DNA from: Eledone cirrhosa
Lineage: Eukaryota
DNA length: 64,000 bases
Assembly: GCA_964016885.1 (NCBI GenBank)
Contig: OZ024740.1
Location: 343,046,001-343,110,000 of the forward strand
Direction of reading: 5' to 3'
Shown here: positions 30,915 to 43,237 of the stretch, piece by piece
How positions within the stretch are numbered: position 1 is the stretch's first letter
Layout of the letters: every line of letters starts with the position of its first letter
Translations under genes and position numbers: made by a program
Notes under the pieces: generated by a model
Told to the model about the DNA's origin: nothing
The model's input: only the letters and a program-made list of their open reading frames with translations
Database searches by the model: none

Positions 30915-30950
30915 TCTTCTGATGAAGGACTAGCGTCCGAAACGTTAAGA
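30915..30950 (+). ncRNA. Minimal type I hammerhead ribozyme
   Basis: tctt-CTGATGA-a-ggac/tagc/gtcc-GAAA-cg-TT-aaga; canonical PLE-type minimal HHR. Confidence 0.75.
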
Positions 30951-31031
30951 CCCTGTTCCTGCTATTTTAAGCGTTAGCCTAATATATTCCTTCCAGATAC
31001 GGTACCGATTGTGTTGTTATTTCTGTTTACC

Positions 31032-31132
<101 letters not shown>

Positions 31133-31234
31133 ATGAGTTATTTGGTTTGTTGATTATTCAACAAAGTTAATATTACAACAGATTAGAAGCACTCAATAGA
31201 ATTTATCTGGAGTATCATTAATATCAATAATATT

Positions 31235-31405
31235 AATTGTTTCTACTTTTGGCACAAGGCCAGCAATTACCCAGTGCATTACTGGTACTTTATTTTATCG
31301 ACCCCGTAAGGATGAAAGGCAAAGTCAACCTCGGCGGGATTTGAACTCAGATCGTAAAGGGACGTAACTATGCTGGAAAGCATGGCGTCCGACCCTCTAC
31401 CGATA
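31235..31405 (-). mobile_element. tRNA-headed SINE
   Basis: Reverse complement of the 10303-10495 family. Confidence 0.85.
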
Positions 31406-31468
31406 GATATTAATAAATGGAAAATATCTTTATAAAACCATATTTATTTTATTATACGTATTTCAAGG

Positions 31469-31557
<89 letters not shown>

Positions 31558-31961
31558 AACCGTATTTCTTTGGAGATACGAAATTTCTCTACATATTGTA
31601 TAAAGCTATGCTTGAAGCGAAATCTTATTTCTTTTTTATTATAAGTTGAGCCAACTTATGCAGCTTCATATGCAAATGAGATTAATTACCTCATTTACAC
31701 AGACGAGAAAACTATATATTCTCGGCTGTCTTCTAGTCCAGCAGTCGCAAGTGGTGGGAGGAAAACAGTTAAGCCTGAAATGCATAGACGGTTGTCCCCC
31801 TTGCTTCTGCTGGACATCACCAGAGGGGGTTAGCACCCCCCCCCCCGTGTTTGCATAGCTACGGCTTCCTAAAACCGTATTTCTTTGGAGATACGAAATT
31901 TCTATATATATTGTATAAAGCTATGCTTGAAGCGAAATCTTATTTCTCTTATATATATATA

Positions 31962-33225
31962 CTAGCAGTAAAGCCCGGCGTTGCTCGGGGTCGCTCAGTA
32001 GCTGTGTTAAAGTTACAATGTTAAGTTTCTTTTTTGGCTTAAAAACTGTAGTGTCTACTGTGCAGACTTGCATGTGGTGTTTTTGATTAATATTCCTTCA
32101 ACCAACAATATGCCTTATGAAGTTAAGAAAACATAACGATAACCCGAATGTTATAACAAAAGAGGATGCTGGGGATAGAAACTGCACTGGTTATTTATTA
32201 ACAAAGATCGAAAATGTAAACACTGCAACGCAGAGAAAAACATTAGCGTAACCAAATTATCAGTTACTAGCAGTAAAGCCCGGCGTTGCTCGGGGTCGCT
32301 CAGTAGCTGTGTTAAAGTTACAATGTTAAGTTTCTTTCTTGGCTTAAAAACTGTAGTGTCTACTGTGCAGACTTGCATGTGGTGTTTTTGATTAATATTC
32401 CCTCAACCAACAATATGCCTTATGAAGTTAAGAAAACATAACGATAACCCGAATGTTATAACAAAAGAGGATGCTGGGGATAGAAACTACACTGGTTATT
32501 TATTAACAAAGATCGAAAATGTAAACACTGCAACGCAGAGAAAAACATTAGCGTAACCAAATTATCAGTTATGTCTGTCTGCACGCCTATATCACCTCTC
32601 TGCACGACTGTCTGTCTGCACGCCTATATCACCTCTCTGCACGACTGTCTGTCTGCACGCCTATATCACCTCTCTGCACGACTGTCTGTCTGCACGCGTA
32701 TATCACCTCTCTGCACGACTGTCTGTCTGCACGCGTATATCACCTCTCTGCACGACTGTCTGTCTGCACGACTGTCTGTCTGCACGACTGTCTGTCTGCA
32801 CGCCTAACGACGAAATATTTGCTTGTTTTACGTAGTCTTTAAATAGACTTGTTTTCAAGTAAAAATATTGTTTTAAAATGCTTTTAAATGGAAATGAAGC
32901 AAAACGGAAGTTTAGTGTTCGAACTGATGAATTTTGCAGCAATGTCATTTTAAACGCTGAGAAAGCCAACGTAATTTTTTACGTAAGACGCTCAATGTAA
33001 ACAGAACAAAGGGAAATAACTGATAACTTACGCTCAAAAATCGATACATTATATTCGATTTCGTCACATAGGGTGGGTCAATTTGAAATTTTTTTTTCCG
33101 ATGTCTTCGCTAGGGCTCAATGTACAAGTATAGCAATTTCAGTGCAATTCCGTGAGAGATTCTAAGAGGAGATGTGTGCCAAAAATCGATAGACAGACAG
33201 ACAAGCACAGTTTTATATATATAGA
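31962..33225 (-). mobile_element. Non-autonomous Helitron with duplicated 3' end and internal 37-bp minisatellite
   Basis: Minus strand begins A|TCTATATATATAAAA...(TGTC)n and ends CCCGAGCAACGCCGGG...CTAG|T; second CTAG end at 32267; minisatellite at 32572-32805. Confidence 0.8.
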
Positions 33226-33599
33226 TGTATGTGTAAGTTTGTTTTGGGACAGCGAGCGAAGTTTGAAATTTAATAGAAATAGAAGCTTTCGCCGTATTTT
33301 TGACTAAAGAAATTTTAGCCTGATAGTGGGGTTTAAAACCCTCATGGAAAAGGATGAGTATTGACGTACATGGGACGTACACATACACACACCTACATAT
33401 ATTTATATGTATATATATATGTGTGTGTGTATATATATATAATATACAGCACATATATTACGTACGTGTGTGTTTGTATTTGATGTAGTCGTGAATGTGT
33501 TTCTTTTGCATGTTTGGCTGTTAATGGATGTTGGCATATTAATGGTAATTAAACATGGAGTGATAACATAAAGGAATAAATACATTTCTGTAGACATCA

Positions 33600-34120
33600 A
33601 TGGTGGTGGTGGTGTTGGTGGTGGTAGTGGTGGTGGTTATGGTGGTAGTGGTTGTGTTGTTAGTGGTGGTGGCGGTGGTGGTGGTGGTAGTGGTGGTGGT
33701 GGTAGTGGTGGTGGTTATGGTGGTAGTGGTTGTGTTTTTAGTGGTGGTGGCAGTGGTGGCAGTGGTGGTGGTGGTAGTGGTGGTGGTGGTAGTGGTTGTG
33801 GTTATGGTGGTAGTGGTTGTGTTGTTAGTGGTGGTGGCAGTGGTGGTAGTGGTGGTGGTTATGGTGGTAGTGGTTGTGTTGTTAGTGGTGGTGGCGGTGG
33901 TGGTGGTGGTGGTAGTGGTGGTGGTTATGGTGGTAGTGGTTGTGTTCTTAGTGGTGGTGGCGGTGGTGGTGGTGGTAGTGGTGGTGGTGGTAGTGGCTGT
34001 GTTGTTAGTGGCGGTGGCGGTGGCGGTGGTGGTAGTGGTAGTGGTAGTGGTTGTGCTGTTAGTGGTGGTGGCGGCGGCAGTTATAATGGTAGTGGTTGTG
34101 TTGTTAGTGGTGGTGGTAAT
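33600..34120. repeat. Degenerate (GGT)n/(GTA) array
   Basis: Directly visible. Confidence 0.9.
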
Positions 34121-34689
34121 AAAGAGGGGCCAGTGATGGTGGTGGAGGTTCTCTTAAAGTTGGTGATGAGAGAGATACGGGTAGTAGGGGGAAGGGCGGT
34201 TGTAGCCTCAGTGGTAGAGAAGCATTTGGTAGTGTTTGTGGTAGTGATACCGGGTGACAGTGGTAATGGTGGTGGTCATTGTGTCGTTGATAGTAGTTAA
34301 GGTAGTAGAAATAATAGAGATGGTAGAGGCGGTAATGGTGCGTGTGTTGTTGTTAGTGAGAGTAGTACTGGTGGTAGTGTTGACGGCTGTAGTAGTGGTA
34401 GTGTCGGTAGTGATGGAGCCGGTAATATAACATGTGATGGTTGTAGTGACACTTGCAGGAGGTAGGAGTAGTAGTATTGGTTGAGGAAATAGTGTTAGTG
34501 ATGGTTATGACAGAAGAGTTAAAGAATTTCGATTTCTTTCAGATTTCATTTACTTTTCATTTAGTCATTGGAAAATAAAACTCAACTCTGCAGCTATTCT
34601 GAGAGTTCTGTTTCTCCGACATTCTGAACCTAACTTCAAACGAATAAATAAACGTAGACTGAGTTCTTTTCCCTTTTCCCTTATACATT

Positions 34690-34767
<78 letters not shown>

Positions 34768-35292
34768 TTTCCGTTAGTTCATGTTTCATTCTGAAAAAGT
34801 AATTCATCATATAAAATTTGTTCTTGTGACGGCATTCGGACACTATCTCAGTTCTTTTGTATTAACACATTCCCTCTCACAACACTAAACATCGGCTATA
34901 GTTTCGTTACCACTTTTTGTTGAAACACCATCTGTGAATCGTATATTTCGAGTATAACTTGAAGTAATAGAATAGTAGTCTGCGAATAATATAATATGAT
35001 ATAAATCAAAAGCTAAGATTTTAATACGAGTACAAATGATATAAGATATATCTACTAACTTGGGTAAAAAAAGGACAAGACCTCTCACAGTATTAGAAAA
35101 TCCTATCCACCGATTATATCACAGATCGCCCGTTGTTTTCGTCTGTCAAATGAGGTTATAAATGTTTTATTAATTTAATCTAATACTTCTGCCTCAATAA
35201 ATATCACATTTATTCCTCAGCTAATTCATCTGTCACTCACCCCAACAGATTGACTATTCTGTCCCAAGCTAGTGCTTATAAAGTTGTGTATC

Positions 35293-35392
<100 letters not shown>

Positions 35393-35964
35393 GTGTGTGT
35401 GTGTGTGTATGTGTGTGTGTGTGTGTTACCCACATATATAAGATAAGTTAGCTGTATGTGGTCACTCGCACTGTTAGGAATAGCATCCATTTAGCCCTTA
35501 AACCTCATTCTATTATCTTAAAAAGAGCTGGAACGCCTTTGTTCATACATCTGCTAGACCATTACTGACCATCAACATCATTTAAGGAACTCACAATTGA
35601 TAGACAATATTTACTGTTATCGATTTAGCCAGTTATTCGGAAAGAAATGATACTGTGTCTAGTCGAAAGAGAAGGCCATAACAAACCTCAGTGATCTCTC
35701 ACTGCATCTAAGTTTCAATAGTCACTTGAAAAGAATTCAGTTTTATTACATTAAACAATATTGTCATTGTGTAAGTAAATACAGCAATATATATATATAC
35801 ATATACAAACAAATTTTATGTGCGTTTGTTTGAATAGAAGGATATACTATCCTGGTATTTCTCACAGAGACAGACATTGCTACTGATAATTGAAACAGGT
35901 AAATAAATTAGTCCCACTCACATGTACACCAGATCCAAACACAGAGGAACCAAACTCCCACTGT

Positions 35965-36295
35965 CACCGCCTCTGTCTCTCCTGCTCTACCCATCTCTCA
36001 TTATTTTGAGCAAATGGGGACCCACGCGCGGTCAGAATAGAAAAAGCGTTTACCCGGTGGATAGTGAGGGAGATGCGCTGGAAGCGCCATTCCGGATCGA
36101 GAGGCTCACTCCTGCGAGTAGGGACACCAGAAGTCTCCACTGCTACGAGCTCGTGTGTAAACCTTTCGGACGGCGATCGATATTTGGAAAGTTTGCCCTC
36201 CGCAGCCCGAAGTGCAGCAGACTGCACCAGGTTGCCGCGGGATCAGGGGTTTACCACCGCTGAACAGGAAGATGGTCATGCTGTCTGGCATGAGG
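35965..36295 (-). mobile_element. CRE-like non-LTR retrotransposon RLE-domain remnant
   Basis: PDSMTIFLFSGGKPLI (cf. RPDGxTxxP...GK.L.WD), AEGKLSKY, AVETSG, QRISLTIHRVNAFSIL; internally deleted. Confidence 0.75.
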
Positions 36296-36504
36296 AGTTT
36301 TATTACGTTACTAATGTCATTGTGATGGCGACGCACATTACAATTCTCAATTTCTACACACCTAAAATATAGAGGTCTTTAACTTTTCATCCAAATCAGT
36401 ATATTTTATTCTAAGTGTGATATGAGGCGTAGAATAAGAGGTGAAATTTAAGAGAACTGAATTCATGTGACACTCTAGATTTCTTGTTGGAGTCGCAAAT
36501 ACTC

Positions 36505-36650
36505 ATAGCCGAATGGATAAGAAATTAATTTCGAAATCATGACGCCTTGGATTCGGTTCCCTGAATGACATCTTGGACAAGTGACTTTTAATACAACCCC
36601 ATGTCTATGATTGAAATTGGGTAGACGGAAAGTGTATGGAAGCCCGTCGG
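36505..36650 (+). mobile_element. Diverged tRNA/CORE-type SINE
   Basis: A-box TAGCCGAATGG, CTTGGACAAGTG core; related copy on the minus strand at 40165-40320. Confidence 0.5.
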
Positions 36651-37006
36651 AAGAAATGTACCTATAATTCAAATATGCAGTTTTGTACCATTGCGTCATT
36701 GTGATTCCTCTTGAGAATTTCGTTATGGTTACCTATGTCTGTGGAACATTTAAGTACTTAGCTGGCTAATTCAATGAGTCAGTCGTTTCGTAGTTCAAAC
36801 AAGTCAAATAACCATCGTCGAAATCGACAAAGGTCCATTCTTTCCATCCCGCTCTTGAAAGTGGTTGAATGTCAGAATCACTCATTTCTCACTTACCTAA
36901 AATAGAGAGAGAGGGGGGTAGAGAGAGGGAGGGAGAGAGGGGGTAGAGAGAGAGGGAGGGAGAGAGGGGGAGAGAGGTAGAGAGAGAGGGGAGAGAGGTA
37001 GAGGGA

Positions 37007-37043
<37 letters not shown>

Positions 37044-37119
37044 CTTTGCGTTTAGTACAAAGTTACCATTAAAAAAAAAGAACTCTTTGTGTCACACAGT
37101 GGATCTCAAAATCATTAAA

Positions 37120-37330
37120 AGTGCCGCAGAAAATGCCTTGTGATATTCTGTTACTTTTTGAGTTCAAATCCAACTGGAGGTCGATTTTTGCCTTTCATCC
37201 CTCCAAGGTCGATAAAATAAGTAGTTCCAGTGAAGAGCTGAGTCGATTCAATCGACTATAACATCAGCCTCTACTCCCTCTGTCTTCCACTCTCTCCGAA
37301 AAGTTTGGCCTTGCGACAATGTTAGAAATC
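37120..37330 (+). mobile_element. tRNA-headed SINE (diverged)
   Basis: GAGTTCAAATCC...GCCTTTCATCC...GGTCGATAAAATAAGTA. Confidence 0.7.
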
Positions 37331-37348
37331 AATATTCATTGTTGTTTG

Positions 37349-37383
<35 letters not shown>

Positions 37384-37849
37384 ACCCACCCAACGCCACC
37401 GCTAATAAAAATAAAATAAAATAAAAGGAAACAAAAGAAGAGAAAAATAAACAATGTTTAACATTGAAAACACATTTTGCAGAGTTAAAATTTTAAAGGG
37501 ATCAAATTCTTGATAATAATCACAGTTTATTGCAATAACGTCCACAGAAATGGTAACTTTGAAGAATTGAAATGACGCGTGAAATGGCTGTGTTCTCCCA
37601 TCTTCTCTCTCACTTCTCCAATCTCATTTCTCTTTTCCCATCTCTCCCTCCTCCTATCTCTCTCTCGCTCTCCTCTTTTCTGAAAGATAACATTGAATCC
37701 AAATGTTTCTTCTATAAAGTAACGTATCGAAGTACAACAAATAGTAAGAGGCCTGATAGATTTTTTATGAGTATAACTGTTGTGAATGTTATTGTTGTTT
37801 AGACCTACATCAGTCCTGATTGAACATATATAATGATTTCTTATATGAG

Positions 37850-38050
37850 CACAAGGCAAGCAATTTTGGGAGAGGGGAAAGTCGATTAAATCGACCCCAG
37901 TGCGTAACTAGTACTTTATTTTATCGACCCAGTAAGGATGACAGGCAAAGTTAACCTCGGCGGGATTTGAACTCAGAACATAAAGAGCCGTAACTCTATG
38001 CAAAGCATGGGCGTCCGACCCTCGACCGATACTGCCAATCCACCGCCCTA
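37850..38050 (-). mobile_element. tRNA-headed SINE
   Basis: Reverse complement of the family consensus, apparently complete. Confidence 0.85.
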
Positions 38051-39787
38051 ATTGAACATATATAATGAAAAACTTTCTAGTCATGAGCAATCTATCCTGT
38101 TGTCAGCAAAAGTGTTTCTAGGATTAAATTATTCAATCTATTTTTTCCGCTTAAAAAAATAGAAGTATTTTCTTTTAGGAAAATTTGGCTGCTATTTCTA
38201 ATGAGTCAAGTTAGACACAGAGCTTTGTGTTTGGAGAAAAGCATGTATTTTTCTTTGTTTATAACTGTTGTTGATTAACCCTAGACACTACTCATTGCGT
38301 AAATCTATAATGAAACGAGTTCCAATCGTGACCATCCACTCGTATTTATAGAGGAATTTAGGACTAAATTTTTTAAGGTCTGGGTGTAATTTTCGAGAAA
38401 ATATCTGCTATTTATATCATGTTGCGTTTCACTTAGTGTCTCTTCGGATAGATAGCTCGTATGGATTTGACTATATCTTTTAGCAAGTTGAGCGGCTGCG
38501 TCGAGGCTTCCTCACTCGCTCGACGGAGGAATTGTTTAGTTAGTGTGAGAAGTGTTTTAGTTCTCAGTAGATGGTAGTTTAACAGCTTTATTTACAGCAG
38601 TATTTCCGAAATTGGTCTCAGCGAAAATATTTGGAGTTCCGCGACATAAGTTGTGTTTTAATAAAAAATTATATAATGTTTTTATATGAATAAATTCTCT
38701 CTCTAAACCAATTTTTGTTTTATTTAATGTTTTGAGAAAATTGTTCGTAAGATAATAGATATGGTTTGTGGGATTTTTACGAAAATCGTGTAAGGATTCC
38801 GCGGAAAAATCAGTTTGGCAACCACAAAGATTTATTGTGTAATTACACAACCAAAGTCGCGCGAGTAAGCCAAATTGTTACGTAGCAGAGTCGTTAGGGC
38901 CTCGTTATTTTTTCCGGCTCACAGGGCTCGTGGTTCAAATGCCACCGAGGTAAAATTTGCCTTTCATCCTTTCGATGTTGATAAATAAAGTATTGGAGTC
39001 GAACTTCTCCAACTCTCTCTGGAAGAAATCGGCTGTGTTCAGATCTGGAGAGGAATGGGGTTCCGCCAAGTTTAAAATGCTCAAGAGACGGCGTGTCGAG
39101 GGGATGGAAGAGTTGGGAGTTGATTAAATCGACTCCAGAAGGATGAAGCATACCTGTCAATTCTCCCCGTCCGACGGGGAGATCTCCCAAACACTTTGGG
39201 GGTGGTTGAGAGATGTCTTCTTTTGTGAAAATGGGTATAGCTTTCATTATGTAAAAAATCTCCCCATTTTGCCCCATTTCTCCCCGTTTGTCATGGTTCT
39301 CCCCGTTTGGGTATTTAGAGGTTGGCAGCTCTGTGAAAGCCATGTTGATATCGGTGTGGTTTAAATCCAGAACCTAAAGAGCCGAAAAAATAATGCAATG
39401 CTTTAATTCCGACACAAATGAATCTACCAATCCACTGCCATCATCGCCCTTAAATGTAATAACATCACCCTCAACTATAATGACGTCTAAGATGATACAT
39501 AAGGCCAGACATTTTAGTAGGATGCATTAAGTCAATTATGTTAACCCTGGTATTTTATATTATCGAGCCCGGAAAGATGAAAAACAAAGTTGACATTATC
39601 AGGATTTGTTTTCAGAACTCAAAATGACGTAACTAAATTTCGTGCGTCATTGTCTCAGTTGCTTTGCAGATACTGCTAATTCAATACGATAGATGAACGG
39701 ACCTCCGTCGGTTTAGACGATAAGTGTTCCAGTTGTCCAGGCAACGGAATAGCCTACTCGATAAACTAACGTGTAAGTAGCAGAGTA

Positions 39788-40084
39788 CGTGGGTCGGCTG
39801 AAAAGTTCATAGGCTGAAAAAGATACTTTCATGGAATGGCCAAATGCGGTTTATATTTTTCAACAAAGTCCCCGGAAAGAAACAATGCAGTTATTAATAA
39901 GAAGAGTTGAAATTAATGCATGCAAGATTTCACAGCTCTAGCATCACTCCGTCATATCAGCCTATACACTTTTCAGTCTCGTATATACAAATAAACTGGT
40001 AAGTTGAAATTAATGCATGCAAGATTTCACAGATCTAGCATCACTCCGTCATAGTCAGCCTATGAACTTTTCAACCGACCGTCG
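39788..40084. mobile_element. Tc1/mariner-type MITE
   Basis: TIRs CGTGGGTCGGCTGAAAAGTTCATAGGCTGA / TCAGCCTATGAACTTTTCAACCGACCGTCG, flanked by TA on both sides. Confidence 0.8.
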
Positions 40085-41421
40085 TATTTCAAAGATTCCT
40101 GCCCCCTGAACAATTCTCAGGGAGATTCAACTTGGCTCTTGGAATTACAAGAACAATTCATTCGACGGCTTCTTAACAGTTTTTATTTGCCCAATTTTAC
40201 TCACAAGGTTATGTCTGCCCGAAGCCATAGTAAAATACACTTACCCAAGATACCACATAGCTGGACCGAACTCGAGACTCTAAGATTATGAAGTGAAATG
40301 TTTAACCATTCGGCTATGCTATGTCCATGCTGATCCAATAACCTCACTAATAATTAGCCAATAATAACACGAATCTCAACAATGATAAACACAAGTATTG
40401 GTATAGGTTAAGGAGGAAATTGAATGTACTTTGGTGGAGTTCAAGTGTAAATTAGCCGATTGGTTGGCAAGTTATTCACTACCCTTTGTTTTCTATCACC
40501 TGCAGGTGAGGATTTAAACAAGACAAGGAAGTAAGAATTCAAAACAAGAATCTAATTTTGTCTTTGGAATAAACACCCTTCTTTTCTTTTTTTTCTTATT
40601 CTTCTCTGTTTCTTCCGCTTTCTTTTGCCTGCATTGCCTTGCCTTTCTCACAACACATTATATTACACATACACACACACGCACTAATACACACATACAC
40701 ACACTATTGCCATTCTTAAACACACACATACAGTACCCTCTCTTTTAAACACACACGCACACTATCGTCATTCTTAAACACACACACACATACAATATCC
40801 TCTCTCTTAAACATACACGCAAGCATTCACACATACGCACACATACACACCCTTTTCTTTCTTTCTGTCTTTCTTTCTCACAACACTCTCTCTTACACAT
40901 CCACATACAGAGAAACACTTACACACACGGACACATACAGAAGCGTGCACACACGCAAATACATAGACGAAACACAGAGCTAAACACACACACACACATA
41001 AATATATCACAACCACAAACATCACATGATCACATATTCATAAACATATATCACAAGCTCACATATAAACACATATTCACACTAACACATTCTCACAAAT
41101 AGACGCATATCATATATTCACATTGATACATAAACATTGGCATACACACACACACACACACAAACATATACTAATAGATGCAATTACATTATCTATCTAT
41201 CTATCTATCTATGACTGGGATGGACACACGCGTGAAACTTGCTGAGTAAGTTCTGCTTAAATTTCTATAGAAATTCTTGACTGTAAACTTTCATTTTGTA
41301 TCATTTTGTAGAGGGACTGCCAGGTCAAACTTTGATCTGGTCAGTCTCTCAAAATATTCTACGCCTTTAGGCGAAATAGTTAACAAAAGTTTTTTTTTTG
41401 AAAAGCTAACATTTAAAAAAA

Positions 41422-43030
41422 ATGGCTGAAGCTTCTTCACCAAAATTCGAAGGAGGAAAGGGGAAGATATGTTTACAGCTTCCCCCTCCCACTGTCATAG
41501 TAGCAGATGTCAAAGACAAAGGTCAGCCAGAGGAAGGATTTTCTCCACCTGCTGACCGACAACTTGACGTTGCCATGGCAACAAACCAAACACCCAGCGG
41601 CACCAGCAACAACAACAACAACAACAATGCTACGGACGAAAACAACACCAATAACAATAACAACAACAACAACAAGACCAATAACTGTGATAACAACAAC
41701 AATGATAACAACAACACCACCAACTACAACAGCAACACAAACAAGGAAAAGGTCTCCTTCGCCCAGACGGCAAGGAAAACCCTCGACTATCTGCCAGTAG
41801 ATATAACCAAAGCGAAGGAGCTACTGGCAGATGCCAAAAAATACATATGTACGGGGAAAATGGATCATTTTCGGCCCCCCCCCCCCCGGAACTAAAAAGC
41901 CAGAGACTCCTAAACACTGTCATGTTTAGGACAGTCTCAAACAAAAGCAAAAAACCAGCTCAACCACCACAGAGTGAGATAGAGCTGGTTTTAAAAGATG
42001 TCATGAAAGACATCATATTCATTCAGAACGATAGACTCTACGGCATTCTCATGAAGGACAGGGACACAGCAGTGAAACTGTCCATAAAACCAATTACATC
42101 CACCGCATACACCTTCTACCCTACGTACATGGGTAGAAGGACACAAAAAATAAAAATTCACACCATCCTGCCGATTATGGACATGGTGGGTTTTGACAGG
42201 TTTCCTGAACCTAGACGATGACACACTAATATCCATGGGAAAGGCATCGGGTGACGCGTTCAGTGGAACGAGCCTCGAACTTGTAGTTCAAATGAGGCCC
42301 GAAAGGATCGCCCAGATCCCTGAACGCGTCATACTGGATGATCAAACTTTTATCAACATTACCGTTGAGGGTAGGCGGCCCTCGTGTTACCTCTGTGGAG
42401 CCAGAGGTCACCCGAGGGCTGTCTGTCCTCAACTTAATAAGAAAACCCCAATCCTGCCTACACCACCAACAACTGCACAACCAACACAATCACCACAACC
42501 ACCACTATAAAAACAACAACCACAGCTCAAACCAAAACAAAACAATGTCCAACCCATCCCCGCCCCCCACAAAAAAAAAACAATTTCCAAAACACCCGCA
42601 CCGCAAACACAACCCGAAAATCTATCCCTCCCCTCCAACGCGGAAGATGACCCTCGTTCGTCGTCAGACGAGGAGGAGCACTTCCACACAATCAAAAGAA
42701 AAAAAGAAAACACACCTCAGACACACAAATGAAAACAACCCCTCCCCAAAACATAACACTGACACCAACACAAAAGAGCGCACAACAACAGCAAACAAAA
42801 AACACCACACAAAAACAAAAACATGCATACACATACATAAACACAAGAAATAAAAAACTGTTAAACATTGTGTACAACAACAATTTAGTAAAAACCTAAG
42901 GGCCTAACTTCACCCAGGCAGGGGATTTCCCCCACCTCAAAATGATTAAGGCCCCAGAGGACACATATAAAACACTAAAAAACAACTTTAAAGAGGACGT
43001 GCCCCCCCCCCCCCCCCTGCGTCGGGCCCA
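41422..43030 (+). pseudogene. Tx1/L1 ORF1 (gag-like, CCHC zinc knuckle), frameshifted
   Basis: ORF pieces 41422-41895, 41847-42221 and 42193-42510; VEGRRPSCYLCGARGHPRAVC; poly-Asn N-terminus; 3' end approximate. Confidence 0.8.
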
Positions 43031-43237
43031 TTAACCACGTCCTCCTAAAAAACTACCCCACCCCCTCCCACAAACACCCACACAACTCCAAACACCTCAA
43101 CCACACAACACACTGATGCCCCTACACTTCCACAAACCACCACCCCACCCAACAACCCATCCCCCACCCTCATGGAAATTGTGTAGCCCGATACCCGGGA
43201 CGCAGAGAGGTAAGTGCCTTTTCTCTTCACCACCAAC

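Noticed and set aside
40506-40530. Possible 25-nt micro-exon (polypyrimidine-CAG...GTAAGA)
   Set aside because: Splice-like motifs only; no coding or transcript support
41870-41890. Programmed frameshift at the poly-C run in Tx1 ORF1
   Set aside because: Homopolymer-length error or decay is more parsimonious; similar shifts occur at other C runs
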